A program made the translations under genes and the position numbers. Shown here piece by piece: positions 49,410-58,862 of a DNA stretch of 64,000 nt (positions are counted from its first letter, which is position 1; every line of letters begins with the position of its first letter). The notes under the pieces were generated by a model. That model did no database searches and was not told where the DNA came from. It was given only the letters and a program-made list of their open reading frames with translations. Source of the DNA: Clostridia bacterium (GTDB lineage: Bacteria; CBDUZB01; JAGLHV01); the NCBI GenBank assembly GCA_030637025.1, contig DAOVVV010000001.1:50139-114138 (forward strand), written 5' to 3'.

Positions 49410-49518
49410 AATTTCTCCTATATTTTTATAATAAAATTAATTTTTAAAGATTATACAAAATTATCCCTGATTAGGCAAGAATTAGCTTTTTTAAGTAGTG
49501 TCAAAACGGCAACTGCCC

Positions 49519-51777
49519 TTAAAAAATAAGAAAAAGAAAACTCCCTATATTTAATAATGCTACAACCAGGCAGGTTCCGGGAATCCCTAAAATCGGCAAA
49601 AGAAAAACACTGGCTAAAAATGCTCCTAAACAAGCCCCAAACAAGTCCAATCCATAAGTAAGCCCTGCTGTTTTGGATAATTTTTCTTTTTTAAACTGTA
49701 AATATAATTTATTAGCTAATGGAAATTGAAATCCTCCGATAAAACCGGCAATTATAGGAATTATTGAAAAAACAATATTTGACCCTAAATAGAAACTAAT
49801 ACAACCTGTTTGTCGAGAAAATATCCGGAATAATATGGGAAGGAAGAGAGGATAAATACAAACAAACAGCTGTATTTTAATAAAAAGTCTTAAATCTCCT
49901 TTTTTTCTTTCAATCAATTTAGTAATCCACCAGCCTCCTAAAATCAGACCTACCATAAAAGAAGTAATAATAATACTCAATTTATAATATACATAACCGT
50001 AAATAATCTGAAAAGAAAGCAAAGTAACTACTTGAAAGGTAATTTCGGCAAATCCGGTAGTAAATACAGCTAATAAAATAGTATAGGGGAAAAACTTTGC
50101 ATAAAACTTCTTTTTTAACAAAATAAAAATAAAAACAATGATATAAAAAAATACTACCGTTAAATAAATTTTTTGTACAGTAATTGTCTTAAACAAATTT
50201 TTAAGGCTAAATTTAAAATAACTATTCCATAAAATCATATCGTAAAAATAAGAAATTGGCTGAAAATCAGTATTAATTTTAACTTTCTCCGGAGATCTTA
50301 GTCTTTGTTGCAAATAATCTATCCTCTCCCGGGATAATTCCGCTGATAAATAATAATCGCGAATATATTCGGTCTTGATTTTATAATTTTTTAATCTTTG
50401 AGCAAGAACACGCCATTGATCGGTAAGTAAATTTTTATTTTTGGCGGCAAAGAAAAAATTTACATCCCCGGGAAAAACTTTTATTTCACTAAAAACTGTT
50501 TTTAAGGTTTCCAAAAGCGAAAGTAAAAGCTGTTTTTGTTCTTCCCCTATATAATTAGGTGAAGAATTTATTCCAAAGCAAAAAACTCCGTCGTCTCGTA
50601 AAATCCTTTTTATCTCTTTAAAAAACTCCTTAGTATAAAACCGGTTCAGTTGTGCGGTAAACGGTTCGGGAAGATTTACAATTATTACATCATAAGTATT
50701 CCCTGTTTTTTTAACAAAAAGACGGCCGTCCATATTTTTTAAATTTAAGCGGGAATCATCTAACACCGTATGGGACAAAGAAGGAATATATTTTTTAGCT
50801 AATTTAATCGTCACGGGATCTAATTCTATATAATCGACTTTCTTTAAAGGATATTTAAACATTTCCTCTAAAACGCCTCCCACCCCACCCCCGATAAGCA
50901 ATACTTCCTGTGGAAATGAATGTTGAAGAAAAGGAAAATGCACTATTTTTTCACAAGTTAGTAAATCAGGAACAGTAAACATATATAATCCATTATTGAA
51001 AAAAGTATATTGTTCCTCATCTTTAGTAACAACTATATTGCCATAAGATGAATTTCGTGAAGTTAATAAATTGAAAGGTTCCCATTGTTTTTGAAGGGAA
51101 TAAGAATTCAGAAAATTTATTTTACATAAAATAAAGATAGTTGCAATCAAAACAAATAATAAGCTTAATACAGCTGTTTTTTTGTTTATTTTTACGGTCC
51201 AAAAAAGTAAAAATGCAGGAATTAAATTCAAAAAACCAACAATGGTTAGTATAAAAAAAGAATTAAACCAACGAATCAAAAAAATACTGACTAAAATTCC
51301 TCCTGTACTTGTCCCGATTGCATCTAAAATATAAACATACCCGATTTGTACTGACTTTTCTTTATCCAATGAATAAATATCACATCCCAGAACAAATAAA
51401 AAACCACAAAGTAAACAAAAAGGCGCAAGTAGAATAAAACTGGCATAAAACATAGGTAAAAAACCGATTATTTCTCCGGGAAGTGTTCCTAATGCCTTAG
51501 ACAAGAATCTTATAGCTAAAAAAGTAAGCAAAGGGAAAAAAGCAACTAATATTTCTCCCCAAATAAAAAAAAGCAGCTTGTTTTTTATACGAATAACAAA
51601 AAAACGACCCAGTCCCCATCCTCCTATACCGACCCAGAAAAGCCACCCGGCTAAGGTAATACCCAGGGAAAGTTCATTACCATAAAAAACAACCATTAAT
51701 TCCCGCATTAAAATAATCTGGCTTACTATAGAAGTAAAACCAATTAAAATTAATGCTGTTGTAAGTTTTTTTCTCAT
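49519..51777 (-). CDS. Membrane-fused spermidine-synthase-like polyamine aminopropyltransferase.
   Basis: 752 aa. It has about 8 N-terminal TMs, then a central SpeE-like domain (LLIGGGVGGVLEEMFKYPLKKVDYIELDP...VIIVNLPEP), then further C-terminal TMs. Confidence 0.75.
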   Translation of the reverse strand: MRKKLTTALILIGFTSIVSQIILMRELMVVFYGNELSLGITLAGWLFWVGIGGWGLGRFFVIRIKNKLLFFIWGEILVAFFPLLTFLAIRFLSKALGTLPGEIIGFLPMFYASFILLAPFCLLCGFLFVLGCDIYSLDKEKSVQIGYVYILDAIGTSTGGILVSIFLIRWFNSFFILTIVGFLNLIPAFLLFWTVKINKKTAVLSLLFVLIATIFILCKINFLNSYSLQKQWEPFNLLTSRNSSYGNIVVTKDEEQYTFFNNGLYMFTVPDLLTCEKIVHFPFLQHSFPQEVLLIGGGVGGVLEEMFKYPLKKVDYIELDPVTIKLAKKYIPSLSHTVLDDSRLNLKNMDGRLFVKKTGNTYDVIIVNLPEPFTAQLNRFYTKEFFKEIKRILRDDGVFCFGINSSPNYIGEEQKQLLLSLLETLKTVFSEIKVFPGDVNFFFAAKNKNLLTDQWRVLAQRLKNYKIKTEYIRDYYLSAELSRERIDYLQQRLRSPEKVKINTDFQPISYFYDMILWNSYFKFSLKNLFKTITVQKIYLTVVFFYIIVFIFILLKKKFYAKFFPYTILLAVFTTGFAEITFQVVTLLSFQIIYGYVYYKLSIIITSFMVGLILGGWWITKLIERKKGDLRLFIKIQLFVCIYPLFLPILFRIFSRQTGCISFYLGSNIVFSIIPIIAGFIGGFQFPLANKLYLQFKKEKLSKTAGLTYGLDLFGACLGAFLASVFLLPILGIPGTCLVVALLNIGSFLFLIF

Positions 51778-51791
51778 TATAAAATTATATT

Positions 51792-53057
51792 TTATCCCAA
51801 ATAATCAGATTTCAGAAAAGGATTTCTTGATTGGTTTAAAAGAGGTTTTTCGTTCCACACCCCCGATATCTTCTCTCCGCAGAATTTACATTTTCCATTT
51901 ACTATATTATTCTCTAAAATTTTATAACCCACCCTCTTTATCAATATCTTCCCATCTTTCGGACAATAAGTGCTCTCAGCTTTATGCCCCGGGACATTAC
52001 CGATAAAAACATAATCCAACCCGACATCACGGGCAATCTTATACATTTTTTCTAATTTACTTACCGGGGTAGGAGGCACGTTCTTCAATTTATAAGTAGG
52101 GTAAAACCGGGCAAAATGAAGGGGAACGTCTTTTCCTAAATTATCCCTTATCCACACACACATCTTTTTTACAGTTTCCGGGTCATCATTATGAAAAGGA
52201 ATTAATAAATTAGTAATTTCCAGATGAACATGGTTGGCTTTTAAAATTTTCATGGTTTCCAATACTGTATTTAAATGCCCCCTGGACATCTTCGAGTAAA
52301 ATTCTTGTGTAAAACCCTTTAAGTCAATATTAGCCCCATCTAAATATTTAGCTAATTCTTTTGCCGGTTGGGGATTGAGCGAACCGTTGGAATGATATAT
52401 GTTTTTTACTCCGTGTTTATGGGCAATTTTTGCCGTATCCAGCATATATTCATAAAATACAGATGGTTCCGTATAAGTATAAGCAATAGTAGGACATTTA
52501 TATTCTATAGCTAATTGTACGGTTTTTTCAGGGGGTAAATAATAATTAACTGTTTCTTCCGGAGGAAATTGTGAAATTTCCCAGTTTTGACAACAGCTAC
52601 ACTGATAATTACAACCGGCAGTAGCGATTGAAAAAGCCATGGTTCCCGGTAAAAAATGAAAAAGTGGTTTTTTTTCAATAGGATCGATATGAACAGCGGT
52701 AGGATTGCCATAAACAAGTGAATAAAGCTTTCCTTCTTTATCGGCCTCCCTTACCTGGCAAAAACTTCTCATTCCATTCCGAATCGTACAATTTCTGGGA
52801 CAAAGAAGACATTGAACGGTTTCTTTATCTATTTTTTTATAAAACATTGCCTCTTTTCGGTTAATAAACCCTTTTTTTCGACTAAAAGAATCTGCCCAAG
52901 ACATTTGTTTCATTAAATCAATAACTAAAGGAGAAACACTCAAGGCCACCCCACCCAAAAAACAAATTTTACAAAACTCCCTGCGGTCTATTTTTTTCTG
53001 TAATTTTTGTAAGATAACTTTATCCATAATATTTCCCAACTTCAAATCTCCAAACAT
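51792..53057 (-). CDS. Radical SAM enzyme, paralogous to the AmmeMemoRadiSam type, with a Tat-like N-terminal signal.
   Basis: CLLCPRNC...SFCQ cluster, CX3CX2C (CNYQCSCC) followed by QNWEISQ. The N-terminal extension holds DRREFCKI (RRxF-K) plus a hydrophobic stretch and SWA. An alternative start at M71 (52847) is preceded by an AAGAGG RBS. Confidence 0.7.
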   Translation of the reverse strand: MFGDLKLGNIMDKVILQKLQKKIDRREFCKICFLGGVALSVSPLVIDLMKQMSWADSFSRKKGFINRKEAMFYKKIDKETVQCLLCPRNCTIRNGMRSFCQVREADKEGKLYSLVYGNPTAVHIDPIEKKPLFHFLPGTMAFSIATAGCNYQCSCCQNWEISQFPPEETVNYYLPPEKTVQLAIEYKCPTIAYTYTEPSVFYEYMLDTAKIAHKHGVKNIYHSNGSLNPQPAKELAKYLDGANIDLKGFTQEFYSKMSRGHLNTVLETMKILKANHVHLEITNLLIPFHNDDPETVKKMCVWIRDNLGKDVPLHFARFYPTYKLKNVPPTPVSKLEKMYKIARDVGLDYVFIGNVPGHKAESTYCPKDGKILIKRVGYKILENNIVNGKCKFCGEKISGVWNEKPLLNQSRNPFLKSDYLG

Positions 53058-53233
53058 ATTTCACTCAATACTTCAATTACACTCAGTACAGATTAGCTAA
53101 ACAACTATAAACTTCTAAAATTTTCACCTTATAACTTCGTCGCAATATTTGTTTTTTTATCTATTGTAGGGTTTAAATCATTGAGCCCGTTCTTTCTGTT
53201 TTCTTTTATACTAAAACAGTTGACACTTTTTTA

Positions 53234-53260
53234 TATGGACTATCGACTGTGAACATGGGC
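53234..53260. repeat. Degenerate third copy of the TATGGAC/TATCGAC heptad repeat, abutting the tatC stop.
   Basis: tatggactatcgactgtgaacatgggc matches the heptad array seen at 12321-12355 and 25587-25617. The tatC TAG stop is at 53260-53262. Confidence 0.4.
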
Positions 53261-53949
53261 TACTTCTTAATCATTTTCGACAGCCAAATACTTAGTTCAT
53301 ATAAAATTATCATAGGCAAAGAAACCATAAGCTGAGTAAAAACATCAGGCGGAGTAAGTAAACCTGAAACAATAAAAATCACTAAAATAAAATGTTTTCT
53401 TTTTCGGGCTAAAAATTGAGGAGTAACTAAACGAAATTTAGTCAAAAACAAAATAATTAAAGGGGTCTGAAAAACAACAGCAAAAACAAGCAAAAACATA
53501 CCCACAAAAGAAATATACTTTCCTACGGATATCATCGGAAAAATATTCGGACCGCCGAAACCCAGCAGAAATTTTAAACTAACCGGTAATACTACTCCAT
53601 AAGCAAATATCCAGCTTATAATAACCAAAAAAAAGGAAATAAGAGTATAAAGTAAGACAAAATTTTTTTCCTGCGCTTTTAATCCGATAGAAATAAATTT
53701 CCATACCTGGTATAAAATAACCGGTAAAGATAAAAAAACTCCGCCCCATACAGACAACTTTAAATAAGCAATAAAAACTTCTACCGGGCTAATAAAAACT
53801 AATTTCCCCACCGGTTTAACCAGCAAACCCATTAACCGCTCAGTATTCAAATATACTACTATCGAACTAATACCGATAAAAACCAGGCAAACAATAATCC
53901 TCCGGCGAAGTTCTTCTAAGTGTTCAATAACTGTAAATTTATTTTCCAC
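53260..53949 (-). CDS. tatC: Twin-arginine translocase subunit TatC.
   Basis: 229 aa with 6 transmembrane helices and an N-terminal HLEELRRRII motif. Confidence 0.9.
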   Translation of the reverse strand: MENKFTVIEHLEELRRRIIVCLVFIGISSIVVYLNTERLMGLLVKPVGKLVFISPVEVFIAYLKLSVWGGVFLSLPVILYQVWKFISIGLKAQEKNFVLLYTLISFFLVIISWIFAYGVVLPVSLKFLLGFGGPNIFPMISVGKYISFVGMFLLVFAVVFQTPLIILFLTKFRLVTPQFLARKRKHFILVIFIVSGLLTPPDVFTQLMVSLPMIILYELSIWLSKMIKK

Positions 53950-53962
53950 TTATGCAAAATCC

Positions 53963-54166
53963 TTAATTTTTTTTATCCTCTTTCGGTTCTTCCTGTTTTT
54001 TATCTTCCGTTTCTTCAAAATCGCTTTTAATTTCTTTCCCTGCTTTTTTAAACTCCCTAATTGCCCGGCCTAATGCTTTTCCTATTTCAGGCAACCGTGA
54101 TGCCCCAAAAAGAAGCAAGGCAACGACTAAAACAACCAGTAATTCTCCCATTCCGATTCCAAACAT
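53963..54166 (-). CDS. tatA: Twin-arginine translocase subunit TatA/E.
   Basis: [42 protein letters not shown] is the canonical TatA N-terminus. 67 aa. Confidence 0.85.
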   Translation of the reverse strand: MFGIGMGELLVVLVVALLLFGASRLPEIGKALGRAIREFKKAGKEIKSDFEETEDKKQEEPKEDKKN

Positions 54167-54182
54167 TTATTGGTACCTCTTT

Positions 54183-55013
54183 TTATTTCTTCCCTCTTAT
54201 GTCAATTAAAGGAACAGATCCTTCTCCCAACATTGTTTGAGGTAAGGTTCCATCCCATTTTTTTATCCATTCCAAAGCGATAATATCTTTGTTTACGGTT
54301 TGCCTCAACAGTCTTTGCTTGGTTGCCTGTGCCTCTGCTTGAAGAATTAATCTCTCTTTTTCTTGCTGAGCCTGTTTCTTTTTGTATTCAGCTGTTTTTA
54401 TTTTCTGTTCTTCAATCTGTTTTTGTTCTACTATCTTGTTAAACTCCACGCTTAAATCTATATTGACTAAATTTACATTTTCTATTGTAATATTATAGCC
54501 AACCATTTTAGCCCTTAATAACTCAGTTATTATCCCTTTTAATTTTTCTCTTTCCACAATAATTTTCTCTACAGGAAACTGTGCGGCACCTATTTTTACC
54601 GACTCTTCAATGGCCGGAACCATTACCTTTCTTTCATAATCAGAACCTATTTCCTGATGTAATCTACTTACCTTATCAGCTTCCAGGTGATAATTAACTA
54701 CTGTTCGTACTACTACCGATTGTAAATCTTTAGAGGCTGCCTCAAATTTGCGTTCAAATTTTTGTGTTCTGACATCATACTTTACTACAGTTTCCACAAA
54801 GGGCATTTTAAAATTTAATCCCTCTTCCATTACCACCTTTTTTACTCCTGTAATTCGGGAAAACACAACACCTCTTTCTCCGGCATCAATAACGGCAAAT
54901 GGATTTCCTACCGTAATTAAAACTAAAATGGCAACAATAAAAATTATAAAGGCACTATACTGTTTCACCTTTTTTAAATCAAACTCCGGTTTCATTTCAT
55001 AAACATCAGACAT
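54183..55013 (-). CDS. SPFH/band-7 (prohibitin/HflC-like) membrane protein.
   Basis: 276 aa with an N-terminal transmembrane segment. SPFH core (AVIDAGERGVVFSRITG...), followed by a C-terminal coiled coil. Confidence 0.85.
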   Translation of the reverse strand: MSDVYEMKPEFDLKKVKQYSAFIIFIVAILVLITVGNPFAVIDAGERGVVFSRITGVKKVVMEEGLNFKMPFVETVVKYDVRTQKFERKFEAASKDLQSVVVRTVVNYHLEADKVSRLHQEIGSDYERKVMVPAIEESVKIGAAQFPVEKIIVEREKLKGIITELLRAKMVGYNITIENVNLVNIDLSVEFNKIVEQKQIEEQKIKTAEYKKKQAQQEKERLILQAEAQATKQRLLRQTVNKDIIALEWIKKWDGTLPQTMLGEGSVPLIDIRGKK

Positions 55014-55154
55014 TTTACTACCTCCCTTTAATTTAATAAATTTAACTACTTTTTCTAGTCTTGAATCTTACTAAATCATTATGTTTTTGTCAACAGGTCT
55101 TTTTGCCAATATCTTCTTTTTGACAGTCAGAAGAATATCTTACAATATCAAAGT

Positions 55155-55260
55155 GTCATTCTTTGCACTTAATTGTGACACAGTCTGTCCGCAGGAATGA
55201 CCCGCCTTAAGGACTGGCGGGCAGGCAACAAGGGAAAAAGGCTGTTTTGCAAAAATCTAA
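55155..55260 (+). other. GC-rich conserved structured motif, copy 1; a candidate cis-regulatory or small RNA element.
   Basis: GTCATTC...GCAGGAATGACCC-gccttaaggactggcggg-CAGGCAACAAGG-gAAAAAGGCTGTTTTGCAAAAATC. It is about 58% GC in a ~30% GC background. A homologous motif lies at 61368-61480 on the minus strand. Confidence 0.3.
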
Positions 55261-55280
55261 ATCTTGTACAGTTAATGGAC

Positions 55281-55748
55281 TTATGATTTTGTAAGTTTTT
55301 CTTTGATTTTTTTACCGATTTTAGCTCCGAATAAAGCAAAAATAAAAAGTATAGGACAAACCATTCCTAAAGAAACAAGGGCACCTCCTATTGACATATA
55401 ACGCAGTTTATTTACGCTATAATTAATCCATTTTGGGTCTTTGGCAAACATTTCCAAAACATATTCATCACCGGCAAAAACAAAAGATATAATAGCGTAC
55501 AAACCTGAAATTATAAAGAACAAAATAATGATTATTCCGGGAATTAATAAAGCCGTTTTATTTGTTTCATTTTTTCTGACAATGAGATATCCCCCTATAA
55601 TTCCTATTGAAAACGAAATCATAAATAAACCCACCCATCCCTTTAAAAACGGCAGAATTTTAATTAGATATTTAGAAAAAACAACCAAAAGCGAAATTAT
55701 TATAATTTCTTCCCAGAATTCCTTTATCAATATGTTTATTTTTTCCAC
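55281..55748 (-). CDS. Hypothetical membrane protein.
   Basis: 155 aa with 4 predicted transmembrane helices. Same strand. Confidence 0.45.
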   Translation of the reverse strand: MEKINILIKEFWEEIIIISLLVVFSKYLIKILPFLKGWVGLFMISFSIGIIGGYLIVRKNETNKTALLIPGIIIILFFIISGLYAIISFVFAGDEYVLEMFAKDPKWINYSVNKLRYMSIGGALVSLGMVCPILFIFALFGAKIGKKIKEKLTKS

Positions 55749-55853
55749 TTTTCTTCCCCTTTTTTGTATAACCGTCTTATTTTACTCCGACTTAATGCTT
55801 TTTTTCTTCTTAAGTCAACTCCGTCTTCTTATACATCCTTTGTTCCAATAAAA

Positions 55854-57569
55854 CTATGGCAACCATTCGCTTCTCAGAGGTAAAACATATATATGACTGA
55901 TATTATTTTTGCGAGAGGATGTAAAAAATATATTTGCATTTATTTCGAAATAATCACTTATCCAAGAAGGATAATAATCATCTGCTGGATCCTTTGTAAT
56001 TCTTATTTTATTACTTCCATCTATATTCATAATCCAGATATCCTTATTATCTTCCGCTTCCGAAACATAAATAATCTTTTTACCACAGGGGGAGATAGTC
56101 GGACATCCATCATAATGGGTATTCTTAGTTAACCTTTTTAAATTCTCGCCATTAACATCCATAATCCAAATATCTGTATTTCCGTTTTTTTCACCCTCAA
56201 AAGCAATTAGACTTTTTACCAGCGAAGGGTGTTTACATCTTTCCAGATTAAACGTTAATCGCTTTTTATCGGATCCATCTATATTCATTATCCAAATATT
56301 TGATCCTTTTTTATTCTCAGAATAATATACTATCTTGTTTCCACATACCACTGCCCCTAAATCATCATCATCCGATTCAGTAAGTCTCTGTTGTATTAGC
56401 GGATTTGAAGGATCTTGTTGTCCATCTTTAGAATATCCACAACCCCTGGCTTTGTAAAAAATATCCCAATTATTATTAATTTTTTTAGAAAATATTCTCC
56501 ATCCGCCACCTACACCAACAACTTCATTATACCCTGTTATTTGCTCTTCTTCTATAATATTTTTCCCTTTAAGATCTTTATTAACACCATCTTTAAATGA
56601 TTTTAAAGGGGATTTCTCAATTAACATTGAAAGATAAATGGGAATATCTAAAAAGCATGAATACTTTTTACCTTTACTCTTAGTATAAAAATCAAATCCA
56701 ACCGAATTATAATCGTATCGAAAACTATTTCCACTTTCATATTGCCGCGGCAAAAATTCCCCTTCTTCCGAATAATCGGTAATCTGTATCAGTCCTGTGA
56801 ATCTCTCTTTAAAACCAAATATTTCTTCATTTAACGCCCGGGTAATCTTGTTCTGCCGTAAAAAAGGATCCCATGAAACTTCTATATTCGTTTCGGGTTC
56901 AAAATCGGTGAAGGACCAGATTAATCTATCATTATCAATCTCATATCCTTTGGTAATCTTTACTATTTCCTTATATAGATTCACACCATCAAAAGTAACA
57001 ATAATTTTTGCTTCTTTTATTTTGTCTTTCCACGATTTTCCCGTTGTCATAGTATATTTATACGTAGGACATGTATGGACTCCTTTCATTACACATCCAT
57101 GCTTATTTACCCATTCATACTCGATGCCAAAGTCAAAAAAAGGTTGAGTGCGATAAGAATTTGTAATAACTTTCTTTTCGTAAGGAGAGAATTTTACTTT
57201 CCAGGTATAAATATAATAATTTTGTTCTTTTCTCTCTTCCACCTCAATTTCCTGACCATTTATTAAGGTATTAAATTCTTTCAGGGGTATTATCTCTTCT
57301 AATTCCTTCGATTCTTGTCCCGGAAAACCGATAGTGACTTCTATTTCTTTATCTGAAAGATTTTTTAAATTAAAAACAGCATTAACAAAAATTTTCTCAG
57401 GATTAATCAATATATTTACAACTTCTGACTCCATTGAAATATTTTCTTCATTGTAAAGTTCAATACTTCGTCCATTATCTACTAATTTAATAGGTTCTCC
57501 ATTAGCAAAGGCAAAGCCAGTAAACGGTAAAAAGAACATTACAAAAGCAATAATAATATTTTTTATCAT
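55854..57569 (-). CDS. Secreted PD40/TolB-like beta-propeller repeat protein with an N-terminal domain of unknown family.
   Basis: 571 aa with a signal peptide. The C-terminus carries repeated (K)DIWIMNIDGSxKxRLT PD40 units. Confidence 0.65.
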   Translation of the reverse strand: MIKNIIIAFVMFFLPFTGFAFANGEPIKLVDNGRSIELYNEENISMESEVVNILINPEKIFVNAVFNLKNLSDKEIEVTIGFPGQESKELEEIIPLKEFNTLINGQEIEVEERKEQNYYIYTWKVKFSPYEKKVITNSYRTQPFFDFGIEYEWVNKHGCVMKGVHTCPTYKYTMTTGKSWKDKIKEAKIIVTFDGVNLYKEIVKITKGYEIDNDRLIWSFTDFEPETNIEVSWDPFLRQNKITRALNEEIFGFKERFTGLIQITDYSEEGEFLPRQYESGNSFRYDYNSVGFDFYTKSKGKKYSCFLDIPIYLSMLIEKSPLKSFKDGVNKDLKGKNIIEEEQITGYNEVVGVGGGWRIFSKKINNNWDIFYKARGCGYSKDGQQDPSNPLIQQRLTESDDDDLGAVVCGNKIVYYSENKKGSNIWIMNIDGSDKKRLTFNLERCKHPSLVKSLIAFEGEKNGNTDIWIMDVNGENLKRLTKNTHYDGCPTISPCGKKIIYVSEAEDNKDIWIMNIDGSNKIRITKDPADDYYPSWISDYFEINANIFFTSSRKNNISHIYVLPLRSEWLP

Positions 57570-57639
57570 TTTTCTGTCCCCCTTTTTTTGTTTAAAACAT
57601 AAAGTAAGAATGCTGGTCTTTTACATAAATGTTTTACCC

Positions 57640-58101
57640 TTACTGTTTCAGTTTATCACAAAATTCCTTAACTTTTCCCTGGTAATGGTTGTTTTTTATT
57701 TCTTTTTCAATTAAAGATAAAACGGCAACGGGTTGTTTAGTCATTTCTTCCATTCCCCTAAAAGTTCTTTCCCCTCCACTACCGCCTTGTGTACAAAAAA
57801 AAGCAAGCTTATTGAACTTATTTTTGCTTAAATATGTCCGAATTGCCGGGGTCATTCCCCACGCCCATACCGGCGTTCCGACAACCACTAAATCGTATTG
57901 GGAAAGGTCTTTTTTGACCTCTTCAATTTCGGTAAATTTCCTTAGAACAGCATCTTTACCTGCTACTAAGTGACCAAAGAATCCGTTCCTGTTTTTTTTA
58001 TCAAAGATTTCTTCAATGTCCGAATTTAACTTTGCAGCAATTCCATTTGCTATTTTTTCGGTGTTGCCTGTCAAGGAATAAAAAAGTACTAAAGTTTTCA
58101 T
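57640..58101 (-). CDS. Flavodoxin-family protein.
   Basis: MKTLVLFYSLTGNTEKIA is the flavodoxin FMN-binding N-terminus. 153 aa. A GGAGGTAATGAG RBS precedes the ATG. Confidence 0.8.
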   Translation of the reverse strand: MKTLVLFYSLTGNTEKIANGIAAKLNSDIEEIFDKKNRNGFFGHLVAGKDAVLRKFTEIEEVKKDLSQYDLVVVGTPVWAWGMTPAIRTYLSKNKFNKLAFFCTQGGSGGERTFRGMEEMTKQPVAVLSLIEKEIKNNHYQGKVKEFCDKLKQ

Positions 58102-58120
58102 CTCATTACCTCCGTCCTTT

Positions 58121-58188
58121 AATTATTTCATGAAACAATACAGACAAATTCTGCAACTATTCTAAAATCATCATTCGATACATTTTCC
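58121..58188. repeat. Copy 1 of a ~68-bp direct repeat (~85% identical to 61511-61578).
   Basis: aattatttcatgaaacaatacagACAAATTCTGCAACTATTcTaAAATCATCaTtCGATACATTTTCC. It lies immediately upstream of the flavodoxin start. Confidence 0.6.
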
Positions 58189-58197
58189 CGGTATATT

Positions 58198-58755
58198 TTA
58201 TTTTTCTTCTATTTTTAAAAAATCTTTTCCTGTTGTTCCAATTACTTCAGTTGTTCCTATCAAATGTTTTTGTTTCTTCCCTAAATGACCGTAAATTACG
58301 TATTTAGGGGAAAACTTTAAAATATAATCGTCTATAGCTTTAAATCCCCGATGAATTAAATCTTCATCTTTTGAAACAGAATAAGGAGGTGAATGTGAAA
58401 TTAAAATATCAACATATCCAATCTTTTTTAATTTCTTTTTGACTTTCCTTTCAGAATAGGAATGAAAACAGCTATAATATTTATTCACTCCTGAAACCCC
58501 GGAAATTTTAAATCCATTTACTTCTACTATTTTTTTATCTAATGCCGTTACCCCGGGAATTTCTTTGGGGTCGTGATTTCCATATATACCAAACACTTTT
58601 ACCCATCTTGATTTAAAAAGAATATAATCAATTGTTCCCGAATCAATATCTCCCAGGGTTAATACCACATCAAATTCATCCGGATTTATTTCCATCATTC
58701 TAAAATAATCCGGAGAATGAATATCCGATAATAAATATAAATTTAATTTTTTCAT
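58198..58755 (-). CDS. Calcineurin-like metallophosphoesterase.
   Basis: LLSDIHSP...LTLGDID...GNHD are metallophosphoesterase motifs. 185 aa. Confidence 0.8.
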   Translation of the reverse strand: MKKLNLYLLSDIHSPDYFRMMEINPDEFDVVLTLGDIDSGTIDYILFKSRWVKVFGIYGNHDPKEIPGVTALDKKIVEVNGFKISGVSGVNKYYSCFHSYSERKVKKKLKKIGYVDILISHSPPYSVSKDEDLIHRGFKAIDDYILKFSPKYVIYGHLGKKQKHLIGTTEVIGTTGKDFLKIEEK

Positions 58756-58862
58756 TTAAAAATAAATCCAATGACTGTTTTTTTTCTCCTTTTGTAACTC
58801 CCTGGATAAATCTAAGATATATTACATATTCTTATAATTTATAATTTCAGAATTAGTCATCC

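Noticed and set aside
49410-49518. Possible T-box leader upstream of tyrS.
   Set aside because: The intergenic region is only ~109 nt. It lacks the T-box consensus (AATTAGGGTGGNACCGCG) and the specifier-loop architecture.
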